Notes: generated by a model from the letters alone, not told the origin. A stretch of DNA of 33,089 nt from Propionibacterium sp. (GCA_030460725.1 JAKECL010000001.1:1-33089), one strand, 5' to 3'; shown: positions 17,260 through 26,807, counted from the stretch's first letter. Program-made: numbers and translations.

Positions 17260-18552
17260 ATGCGCATCGCCGTCGTGGCACTGGGGAAGATCGGGCTGCC
17301 ACTGGCCGTCCAGTACGCACGCAGCGGACATGAGGTGATCGGTGTCGACGTCAACGCCACCACGGTCGACCTGGTCAATGAGGCGAGAGAGCCCTTCCCC
17401 GGGGAGGCCCACCTCCAGGAGTACCTGGAGGAACTGGTGCCCACCGGGAGGCTGCGGGCGACCACCGACTACGCGGAGGCGATTCCTGGGGCCGACGCGG
17501 TCGTGCTGGTGGTCCCCCTGTTCGTCGACACCGAGTCCCGTCCGGACTTCGGGTGGATGGACGCGGCGACCCGGTCGTTGGCCGAGCACCTCACGGCCGA
17601 GACCCTGGTCTCCTACGAGACGACCCTGCCCGTGGGCACCACGCGCGGGCGCTGGAAACCGATGATTGAGCAGATCTCGGGCCTGCGCGAAGGCACGGAC
17701 TTCCACCTCGTGTTCTCCCCCGAGCGAGTCCTGACGGGGCGCGTCTTCCAGGACCTGCGGCGCTACCCGAAGCTCGTCGGAGGACTGGATGGCGCAGGGA
17801 CGAGGGCGGGCATCGCGTTCTACGAGGAGGTGCTGGACTTCGACGAACGTCCGGACCTGGACCGTCCCAACGGCGTGTGGGACATGGGCTCCGCCGAGGC
17901 CGCCGAGATGGCCAAGTTGGCCGAGACCACCTACCGAGATGTCAACATCGGGTTGGCGAACCAGTTCGCCGTGTATGCGGACAAGGCCGGCATCGACGTG
18001 GAGCGCGTGATCCGGGCGTGCAATTCCCAGCCCTACAGCCACATCCACCAGCCGGGCATTGCGGTGGGCGGACACTGCATTCCTGTCTACCCCAGGCTGT
18101 ACCTGTCCACCGATCCGGATGCCACGATCGTGAGGACGGCTCGTGCGTTCAACGCGGATATGCCGGCGTACGTGGTGTCGCGGATGGTCGAGGTCCTGGG
18201 GGACCTGTCCGGATCACGGGTCGTCGTGCTGGGTGCGGCCTACCGGGGGGGCGTCAAGGAGACGGCGTTCTCCGGGGTGTTCGCCACGGTGGACGCCTTG
18301 CATGCCAGGGGTGCAGAGGTGCTGGTGCACGATCCGATGTTCTCTGACGCCGAGCTGGGCGCATTCGGTTGGGAGCCCTACCACCTGGGCGAGCCCGTGG
18401 ATGCGGCGATCATCCAGGCTGACCACGCGGAGTACCGGGAGCTCGTGCCCGGGGATCTGCCGGGTGTGAGGTTGCTCTTCGACGGGCGGCGTGTGACCGA
18501 CCCGGCGCTGTGGGCGGGGACGCCCCGGATGGTGGTCGGCGCGCCCGCGTGA
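17260..18552 (+). CDS. wbpA: UDP-HexNAc 6-dehydrogenase (WbpA/WecC family)
   Basis: IAVVALGKIGLPLA, ETTLPVGTT, FSPERV, AEMAKLAETTYRDVNIGLAN, PGIAVGGHCIP (catalytic Cys), VLGAAYR. Confidence 0.85.
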   Translation: MRIAVVALGKIGLPLAVQYARSGHEVIGVDVNATTVDLVNEAREPFPGEAHLQEYLEELVPTGRLRATTDYAEAIPGADAVVLVVPLFVDTESRPDFGWMDAATRSLAEHLTAETLVSYETTLPVGTTRGRWKPMIEQISGLREGTDFHLVFSPERVLTGRVFQDLRRYPKLVGGLDGAGTRAGIAFYEEVLDFDERPDLDRPNGVWDMGSAEAAEMAKLAETTYRDVNIGLANQFAVYADKAGIDVERVIRACNSQPYSHIHQPGIAVGGHCIPVYPRLYLSTDPDATIVRTARAFNADMPAYVVSRMVEVLGDLSGSRVVVLGAAYRGGVKETAFSGVFATVDALHARGAEVLVHDPMFSDAELGAFGWEPYHLGEPVDAAIIQADHAEYRELVPGDLPGVRLLFDGRRVTDPALWAGTPRMVVGAPA

Positions 18553-18739
18553 GGCGGGACGCGAGCCAGGACTCCGCGGACGCTGACTGCCCGACGCTGG
18601 CGGGCGGACCGGGCACCCGCGTGAAGACCTCCGCCCCCCCGGCCACACTGGACATGACGGAGTCAGGGCTGCCGTCCTCAGTAGCGGAGTCCATACACCA
18701 CAGTGCGTTCAGTTGCCTGTCGTTGACCTGTGGGAAACC

Positions 18740-18748
18740 TGCTAGCCT
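18740..18748 (+). promoter_or_regulatory. Possible extended -10 element (TGcTAGCCT) for the lic operon
   Basis: TGn-TANNNT in the 327-bp gap; TTGACC at 18723-18728 has a non-canonical 14-nt spacer. Confidence 0.3.
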
Positions 18749-18879
18749 ATGAGCCGCGGTGCGGCCCAACTGTCGACATCGTCAACCTCGGCACACCCGT
18801 GCCAGTGTCGTCACCCGTTGGGGGCTGGACAGTGCTGCTTGTCGGCGCCTTGCTCCTCCGGACGGAAAGTCAGGTCGTC

Positions 18880-20703
18880 ATGGTCCTCACTCCTGTGCAG
18901 TTGGATGTCCTCTCGGGGATGATCCCACCCATGAGCGGTGCCTTCCCTGCGGAGGAGCCGGGCGGAGGCTCCGCACACAGTTGTGATGTCGCCCCCTCGG
19001 TCCTCGCCGCGTTGGAGGATGAAGGCCTGGTCGAGCACGGCGTTGTCACCCGCCGGGGGCTCGATGCACTGGAGCCGTACCGGGTCGACAATGCCGTGAT
19101 CCTCGCTGCCGGTATGTCCACGCGCTTCGTCCCTCTGTCCTACGAGACCCCGAAGGGACTGCTCGAGGTCTGTGGGGAGATCCTGGTGGAGCGACAGATC
19201 AGGCAGCTCCGGTCTGCCGGCGTCGATGACATCACCGTCGTCGTCGGATACATGGCCGACCGGTTCAGGTATCTCGCGGAGCGGTTCGATGTCCGGATCG
19301 TCGAGAACCCGGACTACAGGACACGCAACAACAACTCCTCCCTGTGGTGCGTGCGGGAGACGCTCGGGAACACCTACGTGTGCTCCTCCGACAACTACTT
19401 CGCAGGGAATCCGTTCCGGAGGTTCGTGGCGGGTGCCTACTACGCCTCCGAGTACGTGGCGGGACGCACCGAGGAATGGTGTCTGGACCTCTCCCCGGAC
19501 GACAGTATCGAGGGGGTCACAGTAGGAGGCGGCGATGCCTGGGTGATGCTCGGGCACGTGTTCTTCGACAGGACGTTCTCCGAGACCTTCGTCCGTATCC
19601 TGGAGCAGGAGTACGAGGAGCCCTCGACCGCCGGGAAGTTGTGGGAGCAGATCTATGCGGAGCATCTCCCAGAACTGCACATGCGCGCAAAGAAGTATGA
19701 GCCAGGGTTCATCCATGAGTTCGATTCGCTGGATGACCTCGAGCTCTTTGACCCTGAGTTCATCAATCACGTCGACTCGCCGATCCTGGACCACATCGAG
19801 TCCGTCCTGGGGTGTCGGCGCACGGACATCCATGACTGCTGGCCCCTGTCAGAAGGTCTGACCAACCTGTCCTTCCACTTCTGCGCAGCCGGGGAGGAGT
19901 ATGTCTACCGCCACCCGGGTGTCGGTACGGAGAGCATGATCGACCGCGCCAGTGAGACCGCAGCCCTCGTCCTGGCCAGAAGGCTGGGCCTGGACGACAC
20001 GTTCATCCATGAGGACCCGGCGGAGGGGTGGAAGCTCTCGCGCTACATTCCACGAGCGCGCAGTCTTGATCCCGAGAACCCGATCGAGCTGCGTCGGGCG
20101 ATGGAGCTGTGCAGGAAGTTGCATGACAGCGGCGCAGTCCTGGAACGCAGCTTCGACTTCTTCGAGGAGTCCCTGAGGTACGAGGAACTCCTGACGCAGC
20201 ACAACTCGGAAGAGGTGCCGGGGTTCCGGACCCTGCGTGCCAAGATCGATCGCATCAAGGCCCACACGGTGGCCGATGCGTTCCCGGTGTGCCTCAACCA
20301 CAACGACTTCTTCCCCCTGAACATCCTGGTCGACGAGGACCAGGAGCTCACGCTCATCGACTGGGAGTACGCCGGGATGTCCGATGTGACGAATGATCTT
20401 GCGACCTTCACGGTGTGCGCACAGCTCCGCGATGAGACCGCGGAGCAGGCGTTGCGTCATTACCACGGGAGAGCTCCGACATTCGAGGAGAGACGGCACT
20501 TCTGGGCCTATGTGGCTCTCGCGGGTTGGTGTTGGTACGTCTGGGCCCTGGCGAAGGAGGCACAGGGTGACGACGTCGGAGACTGGCTTGAGGTGTACAG
20601 AGCGTTCGCAGAGGACAACGTCGACCGAGTCCTGGGCTGGTACGAGCAGTCTGCGACGCGTCCTGCCGGCATCTTCGCTGTGCGCGTGCTCGAAGGAGTG
20701 TGA
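18880..20703 (+). CDS. licCA: Fused CTP:phosphocholine cytidylyltransferase (LicC) and choline kinase (LicA)
   Basis: N-terminal NAVILAAGMSTRFVPLSYETPKGLL...ENPDYRTRNNNSSL...SSDNYF; C-terminal GLTNLSF...IDRASE...HNDFFPLNIL...LIDWEYAGM. Start is uncertain (18880 preferred). Confidence 0.9.
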   Translation: MVLTPVQLDVLSGMIPPMSGAFPAEEPGGGSAHSCDVAPSVLAALEDEGLVEHGVVTRRGLDALEPYRVDNAVILAAGMSTRFVPLSYETPKGLLEVCGEILVERQIRQLRSAGVDDITVVVGYMADRFRYLAERFDVRIVENPDYRTRNNNSSLWCVRETLGNTYVCSSDNYFAGNPFRRFVAGAYYASEYVAGRTEEWCLDLSPDDSIEGVTVGGGDAWVMLGHVFFDRTFSETFVRILEQEYEEPSTAGKLWEQIYAEHLPELHMRAKKYEPGFIHEFDSLDDLELFDPEFINHVDSPILDHIESVLGCRRTDIHDCWPLSEGLTNLSFHFCAAGEEYVYRHPGVGTESMIDRASETAALVLARRLGLDDTFIHEDPAEGWKLSRYIPRARSLDPENPIELRRAMELCRKLHDSGAVLERSFDFFEESLRYEELLTQHNSEEVPGFRTLRAKIDRIKAHTVADAFPVCLNHNDFFPLNILVDEDQELTLIDWEYAGMSDVTNDLATFTVCAQLRDETAEQALRHYHGRAPTFEERRHFWAYVALAGWCWYVWALAKEAQGDDVGDWLEVYRAFAEDNVDRVLGWYEQSATRPAGIFAVRVLEGV

Positions 20704-20708
20704 GGATC

Positions 20709-21683
20709 ATGAGGTTCGGAGTCCTGAGCGGCCTCCTGTGGGGCCTGGACACCGTGGTGCTCGGCGTTGCGCTCGCCATGGGGCTGTTCAAGGACGCGCC
20801 CGAGGCCGCACTGGTCGGAGCGTTCCTGCATGACGCTGCGTGCATGCTCATTCTGCTGGTCTACATGGGCGTGCGAGGCCGCCTCAAGGACACGATCAAG
20901 GCCCTGGGTACGCGCAGCGGAAAGGTGGTGATGGTCGGTGCCCTCCTGGGCGGCCCCATCGGAATGACGGCGTACCTCGTCGCCATCGACAACATCGGCC
21001 CCGGATACACCGCGATCCTGTCCTCGTTCTACCCGGCTGTGGGAACGGTGTTGGCCGTCGTGTTCCTCAAGGAACGGATGCGTCCTCGCCAGGTCGTGGC
21101 GCTTCTGGTTGCCCTCGCCGCCATCATGGTGATGGGCTGGTCCTCTGTGGGGACGCCGACCAGCGGAAATGCGCTCCTCGGCATCATCGCAGCCGTGGTC
21201 TGCATGTTCGGCTGGGGCTCCGAAGCGGTCCTCCTGGCATGGGGCATGCGCGATGCCGCGGTGGACAACGAGACGGCACTCCAGATTCGCGAGACGACCT
21301 CAGCGCTCGTCTACGGCATCCTCATCGTGCCCGTCGTCGGAGCGCTGGGCTTCACGATGGACGTCACGTTCACCGGTGCGACGGGAGTGGTCGTCCTGGC
21401 AGCCCTCGCAGGCACGCTCTCCTACCTCTTCTACTACAAGGCGATCGACCTGATCGGGGCCGCGAGGGGTATGGCAGTGAACATCTCCTACTCCGCGTGG
21501 GCAGTGCTCTTCGGCCTCCTCCTCCTCGGAACGGTCCCGGGGGTGCTCCAGGTCGTGTGCTGCGTCATCATCATCTGTGGCACGGTGTTGTCCGCCTCGG
21601 CGGACTGGCGCGAACTGGCCTTCCGGTCGAGCTCGGCCACCGCGACGCCGGTGTCGGCGGAGGAGCGCTCCGCGGCGCGCTGA
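20709..21683 (+). CDS. licB: EamA/DMT choline transporter
   Basis: About 10 TMs; GLLWGLDTV, LLGGPIGMTAYL, SSFYPAVG, LFYYKAIDLIGAARGMAVNISYSAW; lies between licCA and licD. Confidence 0.85.
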   Translation: MRFGVLSGLLWGLDTVVLGVALAMGLFKDAPEAALVGAFLHDAACMLILLVYMGVRGRLKDTIKALGTRSGKVVMVGALLGGPIGMTAYLVAIDNIGPGYTAILSSFYPAVGTVLAVVFLKERMRPRQVVALLVALAAIMVMGWSSVGTPTSGNALLGIIAAVVCMFGWGSEAVLLAWGMRDAAVDNETALQIRETTSALVYGILIVPVVGALGFTMDVTFTGATGVVVLAALAGTLSYLFYYKAIDLIGAARGMAVNISYSAWAVLFGLLLLGTVPGVLQVVCCVIIICGTVLSASADWRELAFRSSSATATPVSAEERSAAR

Positions 21684-21768
21684 GCTCTGCCGGTGCCCTC
21701 CGACACCGAAGAGCGGTCCGGTGCAGACGAAGACGTCCACTCAGGCGAGAAGACAGGAGTGTCAGGCA

Positions 21769-22659
21769 GTGGCCTACAAGGAGTACGAGGATCCCCGGGA
21801 GCTGCGCAGCGTGCAGCTGGCAGTCACGGAGATCCTCGAGGAGTTCTGCAGGGTGTGTGAGGGACTCGGGGTCCGCTATGTCGTGTACGGGGGAACGGCG
21901 ATCGGAGCCGTCAGGCACCGGGGGTTCATTCCCTGGGACGATGACATCGACGTCTGCATGCCCCGGGAAGACTATGAGCGTTTTCTGTCCGCTGCACCTG
22001 CGGTGCTGAGGGACCGCTTCGAGATCGCGAATGCCCGGACGGAGGCAGACTTCCCGAGCACGTACTCGCAGTTGACGCTCAAGGGCACCCGTTTCGTGCC
22101 CGAGTACTACAAGGACGCCGACTACCAGCCACGGCTCAACATCGACATGTTCCCCCTGGACAACGCTGCCGACGACCCGAGGATCCTGCGTTCGCAACTG
22201 CGTCGGACGTGGCTGTGGGGTCGCCTGAAGTTCCTCAGGGCGACACCCGCACCCTACCTGGAGGTGGAGGGGTGGAAGCGCCGGATGATCCTGGCGGTGT
22301 GTTCACTCGCGCACGGCACGCTCAAGATGGTGCGCATACGTCCAGTGACACTCCAATGGCACTGGGAGAAGGCCGCCCGTGAGTGTGAGCACACGCGGAC
22401 CCGCCTGTTGGCTGACTTCTCCGACCGGAGCCCGATGGACTGGGCGGTCTCGCTGGACGACCTCTTCCCGGCGGTGGACGCCCAGTTCGAGGACCTCACG
22501 GTGAAGCTGCCGCGCAACTACGACGAGATTCTCACCCGAGGCTATGGGAACTACATGGAGTTGCCCCCAGTGGAGAAGAGGAAGAACCACTACCCCCACG
22601 TCGTCGACCTCGGTGGCTCGGACCGGAGCGGACACGGGTCCCAGAGGGAAGGGCTGTAG
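21769..22659 (+). CDS. licD: LicD family phosphocholine transferase
   Basis: GGTAIGAVRHRGFIPWDDDIDVCMPREDY, IDMFPLD, FEDL...P.NYD..L...YGNYMELPP; AGGAG RBS before GTG 21769. Confidence 0.92.
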   Translation: MAYKEYEDPRELRSVQLAVTEILEEFCRVCEGLGVRYVVYGGTAIGAVRHRGFIPWDDDIDVCMPREDYERFLSAAPAVLRDRFEIANARTEADFPSTYSQLTLKGTRFVPEYYKDADYQPRLNIDMFPLDNAADDPRILRSQLRRTWLWGRLKFLRATPAPYLEVEGWKRRMILAVCSLAHGTLKMVRIRPVTLQWHWEKAARECEHTRTRLLADFSDRSPMDWAVSLDDLFPAVDAQFEDLTVKLPRNYDEILTRGYGNYMELPPVEKRKNHYPHVVDLGGSDRSGHGSQREGL

Positions 22660-22727
22660 CATCGGGGGACAAGTGCGGGCGAAGCCGCCCTGGAAATTCC
22701 ACGACGACGGACACGGGAGACGCAGGA

Positions 22728-24737
22728 ATGAGTGACGCGCAGGTTTCGGCCATCGACCACCAGGTGCGGTCCTCGGAATGGGAGACTGTCCAGCGTGTCG
22801 TCTTCCCGGACGGACGCGACTCGTCCCTGTGGCCGCTCTACGTCGACTGGGGCAATGCCCCTTCCAGTGCAGCCTTGTCGGCGCTGACGACTGGTCGCAA
22901 CGAGGTTCCCCTCCAGGCCGCGCCGCGGGAGATCCACCAACCTCCGCGGGCCTTCTCCCGCCGTTCCCTCACGGTCCCTGCGGGGGAACGCCTCTCCCTG
23001 GCCAGCTACTTCAACGCCTTCCCCGCTGCCTACTGGCAACACTGGACCGACGTTCGCACCGTGCGCCTCGACATCGAGACCAAGGGGGTGGGCACGGTCG
23101 CCCTCATGCGCTCCAGCGCGAGGGGGACGTTCACCACCATCGAATCGGAGACCGGGGATGGGACGTTCGCCTTCGACGTCCCTCTGGACCGTTTCGGGGA
23201 CGGCGGTTGGCTCTGGGCGGAGATCGATGCCACGGTGGGCGAGGTTGAACTCGTCTCCGCCAGCTGGCGCGTGCCCCGTGTCGACCGGGATCGCAGGACG
23301 AAACTCACCGTGGGTATCACCACCTTCAACATGCCGGGGGAGTGCATCAAGCAGGCGAACCGCTTCCTGTCCGAACCTGAGGTGCTGGAGCGGGTGGCGG
23401 AGATCATCATCGCGGACCAGGGCACCAGGAATGTCGTCGACACCGCGGGGTACGAGCAGGTCCAGGAAGGCCTGGGATCCAGACTCAGGGTGATCCGGCA
23501 GCCCAACCTGGGTGGCTCTGGCGGGTTCTCACGAGGCATGTTCGAGATGCTGAGGAACCCGGAGTCCGACTACGTGCTGCTCCTTGATGACGACGCCGAG
23601 GTCGAGCCGGAAGGGGTGTTGCGCGCGATCAGCTTTGCGGACCGAGCCCTGCGTCCCACGATCGTCGGTGGGCACATGCTGAACCTGAATGAGCGGACGA
23701 TCCTGCACAGCATGGGGGAGAAGGTCAACCCCTACAAGTTCTGGTGGGAGTCGGTGGACGAGGAACTCTCGGAGATCGACCTCGCTCAGCGCACCATCCG
23801 AACCGATCCCTCCTTGAACCGACGCGTGGACGTCAACTACAACGGATGGTGGATGTGCCTGATCCCCAAGGTTGTGGTGGAGAAGATCGGCCTCTCGCTT
23901 CCCTTCTTCATCAAGTGGGATGACGCGGAGTACGGTCTGCGGGCGATGGAGCACGGGTTCCCCACCGTCTCCCTCCCGGGTGCCGCAGTCTGGCACGTGC
24001 CGTGGACGGAGAAGGACGACGGCCTGGACTGGCAGGCCTACTTCCACCAGCGCAACCGCTGGGTCGCGGCACTGCTGCACTCCCCCTACCCCCGGGGGGG
24101 AACCTTCCCGAAGACCTCGCTTGCCACCGACACGAAGCACCTGCTGTCGCTCCAGTACTATCCGGAGCGACTGCGGCTGATGGGGTTGGAGGATGTCCTG
24201 CAGGGACCTCGGCACCTGCACCCCTCCCTGTTGGAACGAGCTGCGAAGGGACGTGCCCTCGCGGCGGACTTCGATGATGCACAACTGATCAAGGACTCCG
24301 CCGACTTCCCCCAGGTCAAGCGTCGCAAGCCCTTGCGCCAAGGAAAGAGTCCGTCGAAGCCCGACAATGTGGTCAAGTTCGGCCTCAAAGCGTTCACCGG
24401 GGCCCTTCGACAGCTACGCGCGACAGACGATCTGTCCCAGGACCATCCCCAAGCGGTGGTGACGAACGCAGGCGCACGCTGGTGGCGGCTCTCCAACCTC
24501 GACTCGGCGTTGGTCAGCAATGCTGCAGGATCCGGTGCATGGTTCTATCACCGCAATCCACAGCTTTTCCGGAAGTACTCCACCCGAAGTGCTGCGCTCC
24601 ATGCGAAGCTCGTGGGGAACTGGGAACGGCTCGCTCACGAGTACCGAGACGCCCTCGTGGAAGTCACGTCACCGGAGGCTTGGGAGGCGGCGTTCCATTC
24701 TGGCCGTGACGCTTCGGACAGGACACTCAACCGATGA
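22728..24737 (+). CDS. glfT2: Processive galactofuranosyltransferase, GlfT2-like
   Basis: SLASYFNAFPAAYWQHWT (GlfT2 N-domain), GGWLW, QPNLGGSGGFSRGM, LLLDDD, YNGWWMCLIP, FFIKWDDAEYGLRA, AVWHVPW..KDD..DWQAYFHQRNR. Confidence 0.88.
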   Translation: MSDAQVSAIDHQVRSSEWETVQRVVFPDGRDSSLWPLYVDWGNAPSSAALSALTTGRNEVPLQAAPREIHQPPRAFSRRSLTVPAGERLSLASYFNAFPAAYWQHWTDVRTVRLDIETKGVGTVALMRSSARGTFTTIESETGDGTFAFDVPLDRFGDGGWLWAEIDATVGEVELVSASWRVPRVDRDRRTKLTVGITTFNMPGECIKQANRFLSEPEVLERVAEIIIADQGTRNVVDTAGYEQVQEGLGSRLRVIRQPNLGGSGGFSRGMFEMLRNPESDYVLLLDDDAEVEPEGVLRAISFADRALRPTIVGGHMLNLNERTILHSMGEKVNPYKFWWESVDEELSEIDLAQRTIRTDPSLNRRVDVNYNGWWMCLIPKVVVEKIGLSLPFFIKWDDAEYGLRAMEHGFPTVSLPGAAVWHVPWTEKDDGLDWQAYFHQRNRWVAALLHSPYPRGGTFPKTSLATDTKHLLSLQYYPERLRLMGLEDVLQGPRHLHPSLLERAAKGRALAADFDDAQLIKDSADFPQVKRRKPLRQGKSPSKPDNVVKFGLKAFTGALRQLRATDDLSQDHPQAVVTNAGARWWRLSNLDSALVSNAAGSGAWFYHRNPQLFRKYSTRSAALHAKLVGNWERLAHEYRDALVEVTSPEAWEAAFHSGRDASDRTLNR

Positions 24738-26734
24738 CGCACTTCTCTGAGTGGGTGGCTGTTGTCCCCAATGTCGGGCTGGTGCTCTGTGCGCTGTTGG
24801 TTCCCGGTATGATCCTGGGCTGGAGCGCACGTCTGAGGGGGCTCAGGCTGCTCATTGCGAGCCCTCTCCTCTCCGCGTTTCTCATCGGCACCGGTGCGGT
24901 GGTCGCTGCGTACACGCCACTGAGGTGGGGATGGGTCCCGTTGGGCCTGTGGACGCTGGTCGTCTGCGCGCCGACCGCCCTGCTGTTCCGCTCGCCCCTA
25001 GTGAGCCGGGCGGTGCCACCGCCGGTATGGGGGCAGGTCTCCGATCACGGGGCACATCGCAGTGCCACTGTGGTGGCACTTGCAGTTGGAACCGTACTCG
25101 CTTCCCTCCAGTCCGCGTGGGGAATGATGGTTCCCATCGGTGTCCCTTCGCGCCCCCCGCAGGCATGGGACTCCGTCTTTCATCTCAGTGCTGTGCGGTG
25201 GATCCTCGACACCGGTGACGGGTCGACACTGCACCTCGGCGCGGTCTCCATGACGGATGGGGCTCCGTCGTTCTATCCTGCCGGCTGGCACGACCTCGCC
25301 GCGCTTGCATACACGGGTGACGTGGTGGTCGCCACGAACGTCACCGCGATTGTCGTGGCCGCGCTTCTCTGGCCTTTCGCAGTCGGCACTCTGGCAACGA
25401 CGATCTCCCCGAACTCCAGGAGCGTCGCCTTCCTCGCTCCACTCCTCGCCTCGACATTCACTGCGTTCCCCGAGAGGGTGGCGTCCTGGGGTACGCTCTG
25501 GCCGACCCTGCTGGCGTACTCGTTGGTGCCAATGCTGTTGGCCATGTTCCTGCGTGTACGTGGGGGGACCACCTTCAGGCCCGGAGCTGCCGACCTCCTG
25601 GTGAGCGCACTGGCTGTCATCGGCATCGCGATCGTTCATCCCACGGGCGTCTTCGCCTCGATCGTCCTGGGTCTGTGGCCCTTCCTCGGACTTGTCGTTG
25701 GTCTGCTGCGTCGGTCCGTGTCTGCACCCGTGGGATGGCGTGTGGCCATCTACCTCACTCCCATCATCGCTATCGCAGCCTTCCTGGTCATTCGCACGAC
25801 CTCGATCTGGGCCGGAGTGGCCGGATACGGTGGGCGTGCGGTTGAGGGGACCGTGGGTGGAGAACTCATTGGTGCGATGGTTGACACGCAGATGGCACGT
25901 CGCTATGGGGCCGCAGGCGCCCAATGGTTGCTGGCCGTCACCCTGATCATGGGACTAGCAGTCAGCCTGTTCCTCAGGGGACGCCGATGGCTGGTGCTGG
26001 CATGGGCCGCAGCCGTGTACCTGTACTTGGTGGCCTCGACACTTGCGCTCCCTGGGTACTCGCTCGTGGCGGCCTGGTACTCCGATCCTGTCCGTCTGGG
26101 GGCGATTGTCCCCCTGATCGCGGCACCGGTCTGTGCACTCGGTGTGGGAACCCCCGTTGAATGGTTGCTCGGCAAGGCAGAGTCCCGTCTCGCCGGACGC
26201 CGCGGTATTGCCGTGGTGGTTCTGGCACTGGTCTTCACCTTGTGCTTCGTCGTGACCTCCGGCTACGGTCGGGCTCGCGGTAGCCATCAGATGTTCGTTG
26301 ACTACCACCAGGAGGGGCAGTCAGGACCCAATGGTCTGGTCAGCGACGCAGAACTCGCGATGATGCGGAGAGTTGGCGACGAACTGCCGGCGCATGCCCG
26401 GGTCATCGGCAGTCCCATGAATGGTTCCGCTCTTCTCTATCCAGTGGGCAACGTCAATGTCGTCTTCCGTCATGTGTGGTCGACCTCGGATCCACAGATT
26501 GACTGGATTGTCCAGAACTTCGGCAACATCCTGACTGATCCGAAGGTGTGCCAGGCATTGGACGAACAGGGAATCCATTATTATTACGCGGACTCACTGA
26601 CCTATCTTCCGGGAATGCCGGTGAACGAGTACTATGCTCCGGTCGCAAATGCTCGGGAGTTGACAGACCACATGCAGCTGGTGGACAGCGGAGGAACCGC
26701 TTCGGTGTGGTATCTCTCGATGTGTTCGCAGTGA
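24734..26734 (+). CDS. Polytopic GT-C glycosyltransferase, Rv3779/DUF6541-like
   Basis: About 13-14 hydrophobic segments; first loop QAWDSVFHLSAVRWILDTGDGS...FYPAGWH; later HP, WYSDPVRLGA and a C-terminal soluble domain with P.NGSA; ATGA overlap with glfT2. Confidence 0.78.
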   Translation: MTHFSEWVAVVPNVGLVLCALLVPGMILGWSARLRGLRLLIASPLLSAFLIGTGAVVAAYTPLRWGWVPLGLWTLVVCAPTALLFRSPLVSRAVPPPVWGQVSDHGAHRSATVVALAVGTVLASLQSAWGMMVPIGVPSRPPQAWDSVFHLSAVRWILDTGDGSTLHLGAVSMTDGAPSFYPAGWHDLAALAYTGDVVVATNVTAIVVAALLWPFAVGTLATTISPNSRSVAFLAPLLASTFTAFPERVASWGTLWPTLLAYSLVPMLLAMFLRVRGGTTFRPGAADLLVSALAVIGIAIVHPTGVFASIVLGLWPFLGLVVGLLRRSVSAPVGWRVAIYLTPIIAIAAFLVIRTTSIWAGVAGYGGRAVEGTVGGELIGAMVDTQMARRYGAAGAQWLLAVTLIMGLAVSLFLRGRRWLVLAWAAAVYLYLVASTLALPGYSLVAAWYSDPVRLGAIVPLIAAPVCALGVGTPVEWLLGKAESRLAGRRGIAVVVLALVFTLCFVVTSGYGRARGSHQMFVDYHQEGQSGPNGLVSDAELAMMRRVGDELPAHARVIGSPMNGSALLYPVGNVNVVFRHVWSTSDPQIDWIVQNFGNILTDPKVCQALDEQGIHYYYADSLTYLPGMPVNEYYAPVANARELTDHMQLVDSGGTASVWYLSMCSQ

Positions 26735-26807
26735 ACAAGGGTGAACCTCCGCTCCCCCGCGCCCGGTCGGAGAGGTGGGATGCAGAGTTGGTGCGGAGGA
26801 GTCGCTG

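Noticed and set aside
16609-18075. 488-aa minus-strand ORF (likewise 5334-6518, 7736-9085, 12506-13621 and 28435-29820)
   Set aside because: Each lies opposite a motif-supported gene and has a shadow-like composition.
18634-18640. C7 tract upstream of lic, and G7/C7 tracts at 5214, 15629, 18245 and 24094, as phase-variation sites
   Set aside because: Seven-base runs are common at this GC content, all frames are intact, and there is no CAAT-type repeat as in Haemophilus licA.
21684-21714. Hairpin between licB and licD (GCTCT..CGGTG/CACCG..AGAGC)
   Set aside because: Imperfect, with no U-tract; a function cannot be supported.
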